Below, piece after piece: positions 22,756 to 32,539 of a DNA stretch of 64,000 nucleotides. Under the pieces are notes generated by a model that saw only the letters and a program-made list of their open reading frames with translations, was not told the DNA's origin and made no database searches. The translations under genes and the position numbers were made by a program. Source of the stretch: Escherichia phage vB-Eco-KMB40. Numbering within the stretch: position 1 is the stretch's first letter; every line of letters begins with the position of its first letter. Location: sequence record OR539220.1; one strand, given 5' to 3'.

Positions 22756-23046
22756 TTATTTACGGAATGAAATAAAAGCAGCAACTGAAGCAACAGAGGT
22801 TTCTTCAATATAAACCTCAATTTTTACCGGAGCTTCTGACTCAAATTTACCTGTTACTACACCCTGAAAAATACTTTCAGTCTGTTCTGGCTTTGAAAAA
22901 TTTTCAGAAGGAAAAATTCCGAACTTTTTATCTGTTCCAAAAATTTTGATAAATTCATCGTAAACTGCTTCATTGAAAGCGTTATCAGCGGGAATAACGC
23001 CTTCAACGACGAGTTCTTGACCTAAAAAGCGCAAAGAAGATTTCAT
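22756..23046 (-). CDS. Hypothetical protein (alt.-3 position)
   Basis: 96 aa ORF downstream of the Alt paralogs. Confidence 0.5.
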   Translation of the reverse strand: MKSSLRFLGQELVVEGVIPADNAFNEAVYDEFIKIFGTDKKFGIFPSENFSKPEQTESIFQGVVTGKFESEAPVKIEVYIEETSVASVAAFISFRK

Positions 23047-23106
23047 TTTGTGTTCCTCATGTTATGTCAGTAAGACTACTATAACACAACATGAGGGACT
23101 TGTAAA

Positions 23107-25164
23107 CTACATTTTGAACTTTTTAGACATTCCGTTGATGTTAACCAAAGAAGCTAAGATTTGAGAAACTTCGTTTTCCTCTTCTTTTGATTCTTCTACA
23201 AGGAATTGATTAAATCCAGCCATTGGACGAACTTCGCCAGTTTCCATTAGATGGTCGCCATCATATACTGATTCTTCTAATTGTTCAGAAGGAGGAACGA
23301 TTGTACCTTCGATTAGATACTTGTTATAAGCAGTTTCTTTCATAAAGTAAGTACTTACTTTATTAATCTTCAGTAAAATTCCACGTGGTAGAATAACTTC
23401 AGCTTCTGATGGAAATCCTGACAAATGACCTGGAACGATAACTTTAACTCGTTCAGCTCCTTTAATTACCATACCCACGCTAGTTTCAGCATCTTCATTA
23501 GCATATGTAGAATGACTACCCATATGCATCAAATCTTCTGCATCAACGGAACCTTCTCCTTCACCAGAAAATACTGCTCCGGAATTATCTAAGGCCATAT
23601 AATTTTTACCATACTCACCAAAGATATTTGGTTTAAGTGATGTCGATACGAAGTTCTTGAAATAGAACATTTTATTTTCAATGTTATGACGCAAAGTTTT
23701 AAAAGTAACTTCTTGTCCACGGTAAAGTGTAGTTCCTGGAGGAAGAACTGAACCTTTAGCGAATGCAGAATCCAGCGTCTCAATATGTTTAATAGCTCGT
23801 TCCATATATTCTTCACGTGTAGAATCAGGTTTACCTAAAAGGAATGAGTTCATTTCAACATACGAATCTGCGCAATAATCTTCAATTACATCAGACTCAG
23901 CCTGAGTCAATCCTTTTGGAGTTACTTCAGTGCTTGCATATTCATATGCCTGAGCAGCAGATTCATCAATTAATTTATAAATTCCATTCATTACAAATTG
24001 AATAATAGCTGTCTTTTCATCTGGTGTAGCTTTAGAACCTTTAACTAAATCATTGATAATTTTCTTAATAACATCAAAACTATTAGAAATATTAATATCA
24101 GCAAGATCACTTAAAATTTTATCAGTTTTATAATCAAAGAATTCTTTATTCTTTAAATATTCTTGAGAACCTTGATATGTTATATCGCTCTGCAGCTTGA
24201 TAGATGGATCGCGTAAACGTGCATGGGCCAATGCAATATGATTTCGGAAGCTTTCGAGTTCATAATCACTAGATTTAAAACGAGAAGCACTTCTCATACC
24301 ACCGATAGCTCCTTTGCTAAAGTTTGAACCAACCTGAATAACGCCAGAGTTCATTGGTCCTTCTGCTTTATATACCGGAACTTTAGATTCAAACTCTTGA
24401 TATTTCTTAGCAGCGAAGCTATCACCCTGAAGTGAAGCATCAACAGTAGAATATTGAGCTTGCGCTGCTAATCGACGACTAATTTTAGTTTTCTGAATAA
24501 CAGCTTGATCCGTGCGCTTATCATTTTCTAAAGCAATAGAAGCAGCAACAGCAACAGCTTTAGGAACAGCATTACCTGTTTTAACGTCTACATAAACATC
24601 ACCAACCTTTGATTCAACTTTTGTGAATAACTCGGTTGAAATAGGAGGTACACCTGGAATGTCTTCTAAATTGGCATTTTTACGGTAAACCATAATATAT
24701 GCGTACTTTTTATCATAATCCCAGATTTCCTTTAAAAGAACATATCGACCTGCTCCTTTAGTACGTACTAAACGGTCAGCAATAACTTGCATTTGCCGAG
24801 CAGCGCCATTTGTTTTACTTTTTAGTACGCGGAATAAGCATGCATCAATTTTATACTGTTTCATTGTTTGAAGAGCAGTATCAAAAACAGCATTAATGAC
24901 GCCAATTGGATTTCCACCCAAGTTTTTAAGCTTAACTAATGATAGTTTCTCATTAACACCTATCATTACGATATGCATCATTTTGTCGCCTGGCTTAACG
25001 TTTTTATTCGTATCACCGCCAGAGGTGTATGTACAAAATCTAAATCCAGGAAGCACGCTTTCTTCACCTGCTTGAATAGCAAAAATTTGAGGTATTTTAT
25101 GCTTAGGATTTAAGTTAACAACCGGCGCCGAAGCGCCGTCAAATAATTCTGTAATAAGTTCCAT
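23107..25164 (-). CDS. Alt-family ADP-ribosyltransferase paralog (685 aa)
   Basis: N-terminus MELITELFD shared with upstream paralog; C-terminal R-S-ExE ART motifs: TLYRGQ, FVSTSL, SEAEVILPRG. Confidence 0.8.
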   Translation of the reverse strand: MELITELFDGASAPVVNLNPKHKIPQIFAIQAGEESVLPGFRFCTYTSGGDTNKNVKPGDKMMHIVMIGVNEKLSLVKLKNLGGNPIGVINAVFDTALQTMKQYKIDACLFRVLKSKTNGAARQMQVIADRLVRTKGAGRYVLLKEIWDYDKKYAYIMVYRKNANLEDIPGVPPISTELFTKVESKVGDVYVDVKTGNAVPKAVAVAASIALENDKRTDQAVIQKTKISRRLAAQAQYSTVDASLQGDSFAAKKYQEFESKVPVYKAEGPMNSGVIQVGSNFSKGAIGGMRSASRFKSSDYELESFRNHIALAHARLRDPSIKLQSDITYQGSQEYLKNKEFFDYKTDKILSDLADINISNSFDVIKKIINDLVKGSKATPDEKTAIIQFVMNGIYKLIDESAAQAYEYASTEVTPKGLTQAESDVIEDYCADSYVEMNSFLLGKPDSTREEYMERAIKHIETLDSAFAKGSVLPPGTTLYRGQEVTFKTLRHNIENKMFYFKNFVSTSLKPNIFGEYGKNYMALDNSGAVFSGEGEGSVDAEDLMHMGSHSTYANEDAETSVGMVIKGAERVKVIVPGHLSGFPSEAEVILPRGILLKINKVSTYFMKETAYNKYLIEGTIVPPSEQLEESVYDGDHLMETGEVRPMAGFNQFLVEESKEEENEVSQILASLVNINGMSKKFKM

Positions 25165-25167
25165 GAT

Positions 25168-27261
25168 TTATCCTTGAACGAACTTGTAAGGCATGTTTGT
25201 AATATCTATGCAAGACGCAATAATTCCAAGAGATGATTCTACTTTCTGTTTAATATTTGATGAAACAAATGATGCAAAGTCAACTCTGTCTTCTATTTCA
25301 ATATCACCTGTCATTGCAACCAATTCACCAGTTTCCATTAAATGGTCTCCATCATAGATTACCGATTCGGTGAGCTCTTCCGTGGTCATAACTTCAGCTT
25401 GAATGAGTTTTGTATTATTAGATGTTGTTCCGTCATTATTAGAAGCATCGGTTATTTTATTAACTTTGACCATCAATCCACGCGGTAGAATAACTTCAGC
25501 TTCTGTTGCTATTCCGAGACTTCCTGGATATACAACATTAACTTTATGAGCTCCATCAATTGCCCATCCTATTTGAACTTTAACATATTCAGGATTTTCT
25601 TTATACGCTCTTATTTCGTTTGGATTAATAGTTATTCCTTCTTCATTTTTATCAACTGTTAATTCATTGCGAGCTTCTGGTTCTAAAAGACCAATACCAG
25701 CATGTGTGATTCCAAAACGTCCAAAAATGATAGGAGTTAAAGAAGTAGATACAAAATTTCTGAAGTAGAACACTTTATTTTTAACTAACGCTTCATATAT
25801 AGGAGCAGTCATACTTTGAGCACGATAAACTGTAATGCCTTCTGGTATACGGTCACCATTTTCAAAAGCTGAATCTAAATTATTTATAGCAGATTCAATT
25901 TCTTTTTCACTCATTATATCATATCGTTCTGGATTGTAACGACCTAAAAGAAGATTATTGATGTCTGTATATCCTGAACCACAATACTCTCTAATGCCGC
26001 GCTTTTGTGATGGAGTATATTTAGAACCATCACGGGCAATAGTAATATCAATCATTGGACCTGCACAAATTCCGGAAAAGCTATAAATCATTCGTTTGAG
26101 GAATTTAGTTTTTGCTGCATTCCAGGCATTTTTAGTTATTTCTCCCCAGACTTCATCTGGCTGCCCTTTACGAGTTTTATTATGTTTATCAAGCCAATTA
26201 TCTTTATATTCTTCAAATAATTGATTAACAGCTGCTGCGTATTTCTCTAAACATTTTATTGAAGTAGTTGGTTCATTTTTAATCGCATTAAGAATTACAT
26301 CTTTAATTTTTTCTGAAACTTCATCAACCTCACTTTTTGAAAAGAATTTATAGTCATAGTGAAGTTCATTCGCAGTTCCTTCAGCAATAATTTTTGCTGC
26401 CTTTGTTTTAGAAGCTAATGAATTAATTCCAATTTTCATTTCTTCTGCTTCGGGAATTAAAGGTGCAGTAGCTGGTTTATTAAAATTAGCTGCTGTAGAT
26501 TCATACTTCTGGAATAATTCACTTTCAAATCTAGAAGATTCCAATGACTGACTTTGTGCAATTGCTCTACGGGAAATTTTAACTTTAACGATTACAGCTT
26601 GATCAGAACGTTTATCATTTTCTTGTGCAATTGATGCTGCAATTGCCTCATTTTTAGTTACTTGAGCTCCAGTATCTTTATTGATATAAACATCACCGAC
26701 CTTCGATTCAACTTTAGTAAAAAGCTCGGTACTAATTTCCGGAACTCCTGGAATGTCTTCTAGTGATACATTTTTGCGATGTATAAGAATATATGCGTAC
26801 TTTTTATCATAATCCCAGAGTTCCTTAAGAAGGACGTATCTGCCACCTGAACGACTACGGATAAGTCTATCAGCAATAACTTGAATTTGTCGAGCTTGAC
26901 CAGCGGTTTTAGACTTAAGAATACGAAGCATGCAGGCATCAATTTTATACTGACGCATTGTTTGCATTGCAACAGTAAAAACTGAATTGATATAATTAAT
27001 TGGGCTTGGACCAAGACCTTTTAATTTGGCAATTGAACCTTTAGCAGTTAATGTAAAAGGAACAATATGCATCATTTTATCGCCCATCTTTAAATCGCGA
27101 TTAGTATCACCTCCAGATGTATAGGTACATAAACGAAAGCCTGGTTGTTCAATTGCATCATCAACATGAACTGAAAAAATTTGTGGTATTTTCTTCTTTG
27201 GATTTAAGTTTGTAATCGGAAGAGTAGTATCTTCGTCAAATAATTCTGTAATAAGTTCCAT
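25168..27261 (-). CDS. alt: Alt ADP-ribosyltransferase (697 aa)
   Basis: N-terminus MELITELFDEDTTLPITNL as remembered for T4 Alt; ART motifs TVYRAQ, FVSTSL, TEAEVILPRG. Confidence 0.8.
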   Translation of the reverse strand: MELITELFDEDTTLPITNLNPKKKIPQIFSVHVDDAIEQPGFRLCTYTSGGDTNRDLKMGDKMMHIVPFTLTAKGSIAKLKGLGPSPINYINSVFTVAMQTMRQYKIDACMLRILKSKTAGQARQIQVIADRLIRSRSGGRYVLLKELWDYDKKYAYILIHRKNVSLEDIPGVPEISTELFTKVESKVGDVYINKDTGAQVTKNEAIAASIAQENDKRSDQAVIVKVKISRRAIAQSQSLESSRFESELFQKYESTAANFNKPATAPLIPEAEEMKIGINSLASKTKAAKIIAEGTANELHYDYKFFSKSEVDEVSEKIKDVILNAIKNEPTTSIKCLEKYAAAVNQLFEEYKDNWLDKHNKTRKGQPDEVWGEITKNAWNAAKTKFLKRMIYSFSGICAGPMIDITIARDGSKYTPSQKRGIREYCGSGYTDINNLLLGRYNPERYDIMSEKEIESAINNLDSAFENGDRIPEGITVYRAQSMTAPIYEALVKNKVFYFRNFVSTSLTPIIFGRFGITHAGIGLLEPEARNELTVDKNEEGITINPNEIRAYKENPEYVKVQIGWAIDGAHKVNVVYPGSLGIATEAEVILPRGLMVKVNKITDASNNDGTTSNNTKLIQAEVMTTEELTESVIYDGDHLMETGELVAMTGDIEIEDRVDFASFVSSNIKQKVESSLGIIASCIDITNMPYKFVQG

Positions 27262-27297
27262 GTTATCCTCTCTAGTGTTTATTCTATTTATAAAATT

Positions 27298-27315
27298 AAA
27301 GGCCCGAAGGCCTTT
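27298..27315 (-). terminator. Hairpin between the ligase operon and alt
   Basis: AAAGGCC-CGAA-GGCCTTT. Confidence 0.45.
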
Positions 27316-27317
27316 AA

Positions 27318-27503
27318 TTAATAGAGAGCTAAAAGAGTACGATATACTTCAAACTTTGGACCTTTTTCATAGGCATCAAATGTTTCTGTGAATTTATTAT
27401 AAGCATATGCATCTATAAATTCAATCATGATTTGTGATACAGAAGTAGAAACATCTCCACCTTCTTTTTGAGCCACGACAATTGTTTCTAAGTAAGCTTT
27501 CAT
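27318..27503 (-). CDS. Hypothetical 61-aa protein
   Basis: Start overlaps ligase stop (ATGA-type coupling); followed by hairpin 27298-27315. Confidence 0.4.
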   Translation of the reverse strand: MKAYLETIVVAQKEGGDVSTSVSQIMIEFIDAYAYNKFTETFDAYEKGPKFEVYRTLLALY

Positions 27504-28963
27504 AAACCAGTTACCTCATGAAAATCACCAAATACATCTTCGAATGTATTAGCTTTAGTTTTATCTTCGCGTAAACGAATCGCAATTGGAAGAAATAGCT
27601 TAACGTAATCAGTACGTCCATCTAATTTTACCCAGCCGTTGCATTCGCACTCTAGAATTTTTCCAATATAATAATTTTGGTTTTCCATAATGCGAGTACG
27701 ATCAAGTTCATGCGATTTTATACCGGCTTTATCTTTTAAGCCTGAACCAGCATTTACTTTAATTTTTCCACACTCTGATTCAAGAATGAAACCACCTGCT
27801 TTAGTAGGGTCTTTACGGTGAGGATAAATTCCTACAATTTTTAAATCAACATCAATTACTTCTTTAAATTTATAAAGATTTTTTGAACGAGCATTTTCCC
27901 ATAATCCATCGATATTTTTAAGAATAATACCTTCAAGACCTTGGTCAATATACTTTTTATAAATTACCTTAGCTTCATCTAGGTTATTTACTACTTGGTT
28001 TTCAATTAAAATTACTTTATCATAGCCTGATGTCATTTGTTCTAGTTTAGAAAAACGTACATCATATTTTAAACGAAATGCTGGAAGACCATATATTTCT
28101 ACTAATGGAACATAGTCCCAGACCTGAAACTTCATGCATTGTGCTTCTTTTTCAGAAATGGTTCCCTTTAAAGATTTATTAGCGATTCCATTAGAAGTAG
28201 TACGTGATTCAGCTACTTCGGCGAATTCTTTAGCTTTACTAATTTCAGGATAAGCATCAAAAAGAAAATCTAGGCCTTCTGGTTCCTTTTTAACTTGCTC
28301 ATGGTATACCAATTCGCCATCAATTAACACACCTTCTGGATGAATCTGGCGAGCTTCTGCAGTCATTTTGATTAACTCTTCCTTGAGAAGATCTAATCCT
28401 AGATATTCATTACCAGCTCGTGATAAAAGACGAACATCATCTAATTCATCACCTCTGACTTCAGCAAAACAGCGAGCTCCATCAGCTTTTAGCTGTGCAA
28501 AGGCTGGAAATTTGATATTCTTATTAATGCCTTTTTCGTCATAAGAACTTGCTAGCATTTGAGGTTGTTCAGGAATTAAACCTGGCCAAACTTTGTTTGC
28601 AATAGATACTGATGCACCGCATTCAAGGTCTCGCATCATCACCCGACGCAAAACTTCAACATCATCTTTTTTACCGTCAGTAATATATCCAGTTAATTCC
28701 TCAATTGCCGCATTTCCAGTCAATTTCCGAGTAGCTAACGTGAATTCAATGAAGTCAAGCATATCGGTAAGAGTCAACATTCCAAAACTCTGGGTAGTAA
28801 TACCCGGTTTAGGCCATTTCTTGATATAATACTGTAACCCACGAGAATAAGTCAGACGATATACTCGTTTAAGCAATTCATTATCTTTATTCTTTTCAAG
28901 AATTGCTTGCTTCTGCTTAGTTGAACCAATAGATGCTATTTCGTTCAGAATTTTAAGAATCAT
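27500..28963 (-). CDS. 30: ATP-dependent DNA ligase gp30
   Basis: 487 aa as T4 ligase; adenylation motif KADGAR; N-terminus MILKILNEIASIGSTKQK. Confidence 0.9.
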   Translation of the reverse strand: MILKILNEIASIGSTKQKQAILEKNKDNELLKRVYRLTYSRGLQYYIKKWPKPGITTQSFGMLTLTDMLDFIEFTLATRKLTGNAAIEELTGYITDGKKDDVEVLRRVMMRDLECGASVSIANKVWPGLIPEQPQMLASSYDEKGINKNIKFPAFAQLKADGARCFAEVRGDELDDVRLLSRAGNEYLGLDLLKEELIKMTAEARQIHPEGVLIDGELVYHEQVKKEPEGLDFLFDAYPEISKAKEFAEVAESRTTSNGIANKSLKGTISEKEAQCMKFQVWDYVPLVEIYGLPAFRLKYDVRFSKLEQMTSGYDKVILIENQVVNNLDEAKVIYKKYIDQGLEGIILKNIDGLWENARSKNLYKFKEVIDVDLKIVGIYPHRKDPTKAGGFILESECGKIKVNAGSGLKDKAGIKSHELDRTRIMENQNYYIGKILECECNGWVKLDGRTDYVKLFLPIAIRLREDKTKANTFEDVFGDFHEVTGL

Positions 28964-29229
28964 TGTTCATCCTTTAGAGTTTGGTTTACAGCTCTATTAT
29001 AAATCAATTCATCATTAAGCTCAGTCAAAGACCTGTGATACGTGGTTCTAACTTTATTTCCTTGCATCCAGTGCTTGACATAAATGAAACCTTGCTCTAC
29101 ACATTTTTTAAAAATTCGTTCGTCTTTTTGAGCTCGGAATTCTGGATTGCATCTAAAAAATTGATTTACGTGACCGTAATCACGTGTAGTATTACCTTCA
29201 TTTTCATAAATAGTGTGAACGACAAACAT
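28960..29229 (-). CDS. Hypothetical protein (30.1 position)
   Basis: 89 aa ORF translationally coupled to ligase. Confidence 0.5.
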   Translation of the reverse strand: MFVVHTIYENEGNTTRDYGHVNQFFRCNPEFRAQKDERIFKKCVEQGFIYVKHWMQGNKVRTTYHRSLTELNDELIYNRAVNQTLKDEQ

Positions 29230-30065
29230 TAGAATGCTCCTTGGAAAATATTATCACCACTAGTAGGTCTATTATACAAATACTCTATGCCACCGGGTTT
29301 AATATAGTTCCATGTCTGAAACGGATGCGTCTGATATGGATGATATAGATTATAAGGATTAAATCCAGGAGTTCTCCAGGTAGTGTTCCAAGGAAAAGAA
29401 TCGTTTTTAATCATCTTTTCAATTACATCTTTTATAGCTTTTTCACTATCAAAACTTTCTTTATTTTCATTCGATGGAAAAAGCTTATTCTCTACATCAT
29501 TCCATGTATAAACTCGCTGTGCAGTTTTTGGAATATTGTCACGCTCTCCTCGAGCCATCCAATAAACAGGAACATTTAATATTTCACTCGCATGATCGCA
29601 GTGGTGAGCGAGATCGTCAATATAACAAATTACGTTATATTTCTCTTTTGCCTTTTTGAACAACTCTTCTTTTGAAGAATCATGACCACACATCAATACT
29701 TCTGAGAAGGCATCAGGAAAAAGAGCATTCAAATTAAATTGACGATTCAGCAGAGCGTCAATAGAATCACCCAGTGCTGTAACAGCTACAAAATTATAAT
29801 CTTCTTTTAATTTGTTAATTACACACAGGGCATCTTTATATGGAGACAAATAGCGAATAAAATCTGAACGATTATACTTTTCGATTAATTTAACACCAAG
29901 TTCTTCATCGCAATTAAAGAGCTTACCAGGAGAAATAAATTTTTCGTCCTGAATCATTTTTAAAATATGTTCCAACGGAAGATTATATTTTTGGGCAAAA
30001 TAAGGAAGGCCTGATTGCCAGCTTAAACATACACCATCAATATCAGTCAAAATAGTAGGCTTCAT
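29229..30065 (-). CDS. HAD-superfamily hydrolase-like protein (30.2 position)
   Basis: 278 aa; N-terminal ILTDIDGV matches HAD motif I (DxDG). Confidence 0.6.
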   Translation of the reverse strand: MKPTILTDIDGVCLSWQSGLPYFAQKYNLPLEHILKMIQDEKFISPGKLFNCDEELGVKLIEKYNRSDFIRYLSPYKDALCVINKLKEDYNFVAVTALGDSIDALLNRQFNLNALFPDAFSEVLMCGHDSSKEELFKKAKEKYNVICYIDDLAHHCDHASEILNVPVYWMARGERDNIPKTAQRVYTWNDVENKLFPSNENKESFDSEKAIKDVIEKMIKNDSFPWNTTWRTPGFNPYNLYHPYQTHPFQTWNYIKPGGIEYLYNRPTSGDNIFQGAF

Positions 30066-30526
30066 AGAGAGTCTCTTAATAGGTTTAACACATCAATAAA
30101 TTCAACTTCGGTTAGTATTGTATCATCTTTTGTTAGACCACTAGCCATGCTATGCTTCAAAATTTTTCCTTTTGAGGCTTGTAAGGCATCACGAAACCCC
30201 TTGTTTTGGATCGCTGCTTCAAAATATGCATTTGTATACAATTCTTTCCACGCTGGGGAGTATCTTGAAAATGGAACTCCGAGCCAGAAGAGGGTCCCAC
30301 GGTCCGCAGCTCTTGCATAAGACCTTCCAGCTTGTTGGGCGGCAAGCCCGGATAACCCAAATATACGTCTTTGCTGCTCAACATTTTTCACCTTGCATCC
30401 TTGGAGGAATCCTTCAAGACCTCCGAATTGAATACCATCCATGACGAAAGGCCATTGGGCGAAATTACTTAATGCGCATGATGGCCATCTAAAATTGCTT
30501 CTAATCTCTAACTCAGACATTTTCAA
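30062..30526 (-). CDS. NADAR/YbiA-like domain protein (30.3 position)
   Basis: 154 aa; LSNFAQWPFVMDGIQF resembles the NADAR (DUF1768) LSNFAAWP...DG core of E. coli YbiA. Confidence 0.6.
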   Translation of the reverse strand: MKMSELEIRSNFRWPSCALSNFAQWPFVMDGIQFGGLEGFLQGCKVKNVEQQRRIFGLSGLAAQQAGRSYARAADRGTLFWLGVPFSRYSPAWKELYTNAYFEAAIQNKGFRDALQASKGKILKHSMASGLTKDDTILTEVEFIDVLNLLRDSL

Positions 30527-30719
30527 TACTTATAATTTCAACATCAGCCCAATGACCATAGCAAGGAAGACGAAATTCAACTGGCCAGTTAGGGTCCTTT
30601 TCTAATATAATAGACTTAACTTGTGGTTCTTCATGTTCATCAGTATATGGATTTTTATCTGTTACTTTATATGTGACCTTAATGTATTGAATTCCAAAAA
30701 TCTTATTAATTATATTCAT
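30513..30719 (-). CDS. Hypothetical protein
   Basis: 68 aa ORF in overlapping early-gene string. Confidence 0.45.
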   Translation of the reverse strand: MNIINKIFGIQYIKVTYKVTDKNPYTDEHEEPQVKSIILEKDPNWPVEFRLPCYGHWADVEIISIENV

Positions 30720-30913
30720 ACTAATTCCTTTAATCCGTAAATAGGAGACAATTCATCACCCATACGAAGGTCTTCATTTCCATCTACCCAGGAAACAATA
30801 TAAGCCTCTTTTATTTGAACACCACTCCATTTAAATGGAGGTAGAACCTTAGAAATTAATCCAGGTATACCAACTCCCTTTAATTCAACAGTTTGACCTA
30901 AAAAGAATTTCAT
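30716..30913 (-). CDS. Hypothetical protein
   Basis: 65 aa ORF, overlapping starts/stops with neighbours. Confidence 0.45.
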   Translation of the reverse strand: MKFFLGQTVELKGVGIPGLISKVLPPFKWSGVQIKEAYIVSWVDGNEDLRMGDELSPIYGLKELV

Positions 30914-31200
30914 TAGAACCTCATCTGAAAACCATGCGATTTAACATTACCGCCGCCAATATCAGAAATATTAATTTCACGCGCAATCGAAGGATCGATG
31001 TCAATTTCACGATTAAGTTTAGCGATAGCTAAAGTATCACGCCCATTTACAGTACGGAACTCTAAAGGACAAACCACATCAACGTAATTTTTAATCGATT
31101 CACTGGTAGGTTGCAAATGAGCAGGAAGGTCTTTGGGCGCCTTTGAGAAAACCACTTCACAGAAATTTTTACGGGTATCAAAATAAGTAGTCATAAACAT
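30913..31200 (-). CDS. Hypothetical protein
   Basis: 95 aa ORF. Confidence 0.45.
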   Translation of the reverse strand: MFMTTYFDTRKNFCEVVFSKAPKDLPAHLQPTSESIKNYVDVVCPLEFRTVNGRDTLAIAKLNREIDIDPSIAREINISDIGGGNVKSHGFQMRF

Positions 31201-31241
31201 AGTATTTTCCTCAGTAAGGGGCCGAAGCCCCTCATTTTATT

Positions 31242-31619
31242 TTAAATATCAAATTCATTAAGAACTACATCAAAGATTGCTTCAAGATGCTCAGGTTTAG
31301 CTCTGTTACTCAGAATATGACGAATCCAAGTTTTAACCAAAAGCTTGCGATTATCACCATTCCAGCAAGGATGAGTCCCTAAATCGCGTTGACGAAAATC
31401 ATCATCCAGAGCGATTTTAAAGTTGGAACCTTCCATTGTGATTGAAACCGTGATGCCATTTTCAAATCGCATATAAACGTAATTAGGAGTCATATACTGT
31501 TCAATTTCGCATACTGATCCATTTTGATGTTTCCAAAGGCAAATAGTATCAATAGAACCTGCAATACCATTAGAAACATATTTACGTTCAAAGTTGATGT
31601 AGTTCATTTTATTCTCCAA
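31242..31619 (-). CDS. Hypothetical protein
   Basis: 125 aa ORF; candidate early promoter just upstream. Confidence 0.5.
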   Translation of the reverse strand: MENKMNYINFERKYVSNGIAGSIDTICLWKHQNGSVCEIEQYMTPNYVYMRFENGITVSITMEGSNFKIALDDDFRQRDLGTHPCWNGDNRKLLVKTWIRHILSNRAKPEHLEAIFDVVLNEFDI

Positions 31620-31643
31620 GATGTTTAATTGCGGTACAGGTAT

Positions 31644-31672
31644 ATAATATCATATCCTGTACCAAAGTAAAC
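31644..31672 (-). promoter_or_regulatory. Candidate early (sigma70-type) promoter
   Basis: Minus strand reads GTTTAC - 17 nt - TGaTATTAT (extended -10) upstream of ORF 31242-31619. Confidence 0.45.
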
Positions 31673-31674
31673 AA

Positions 31675-32007
31675 TTATTTTACTACTTTCCAGTGTTGCA
31701 TGTCAAGTTTACCGACTTTTTTCATCTTCTCAATTAAGCGTTCGGCACGTTGGCGAGCTGTAACATAATGCCATTCGCCTAATTCATTTTGTTCAATTTT
31801 TCCAACGATTACTGTATTCAATTCATAAATCCAACCAGTAAAGAAATTATGAACTTGAATTGTAAAGGTGAAATCTGTTCCCATACCTTCTGTTGTTTCT
31901 ACTTCAATAATATCACCTTCAACTGCCATTAAGAACCACATAGTTTCATCATATTTACCATTGAAGCATTTAGTTTTAACTGCAGCGTTCAGATTAATCG
32001 TTTTCAT
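31675..32007 (-). CDS. Hypothetical protein
   Basis: 110 aa ORF. Confidence 0.5.
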   Translation of the reverse strand: MKTINLNAAVKTKCFNGKYDETMWFLMAVEGDIIEVETTEGMGTDFTFTIQVHNFFTGWIYELNTVIVGKIEQNELGEWHYVTARQRAERLIEKMKKVGKLDMQHWKVVK

Positions 32008-32117
32008 TTTATTCTCCTTTGTTTGTGTAAAATAATACTATCACAAAGGAACCATACTGTAAACAACTTTGTGCAATCTTTGGAAAATAAAAAAGGACTC
32101 CCGAAGGAGTCCTCAAC

Positions 32118-32336
32118 TTATGCTTTCTGCTTACCAAAACGAGAAGCATCATCTCGAAGAACCGCACGTGCTCGGCGCATGATCTTCTCAACAGTTTGAT
32201 TGATACGAGAGTTCGACCCACGCTTGTAGCCAGCGCGTTTAGAATCACCAACTTTCTTTTCAACTGCTTTCTTTGCTTTAACTTGTTTTGCCATTATAAA
32301 TTCTCTTTTAAATGAAAATGCAGGACTTATTGGCAT
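32118..32336 (-). CDS. Hypothetical small basic protein
   Basis: 72 aa K/R-rich ORF; alternative ATG at 32294. Confidence 0.4.
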   Translation of the reverse strand: MPISPAFSFKREFIMAKQVKAKKAVEKKVGDSKRAGYKRGSNSRINQTVEKIMRRARAVLRDDASRFGKQKA

Positions 32337-32539
32337 TGCCTGCGCAAGCCCTCAAGGGGAACATAGGTTTTTGGGTATTTAACGACCAGGATAACCATAA
32401 ACCCGTCATCATTCACATTCAAGAGGTACACCATAAAACTGCCGGGGTCTTAAAACTATAATGATTCGCAAATCATTAATCAGACAGTTCGATGGCTCCT
32501 CGATTTTAGCTCACACTAAGGCAGTGAATCTCCAATAAA

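Noticed and set aside
31218-31231. GGGGC-CGAA-GCCCC hairpin as a minus-strand terminator
   Set aside because: The T-run follows it on the plus strand, not on the coding (minus) strand; it may act on antisense transcripts or as an RNA stability element, so it is not called as a terminator.
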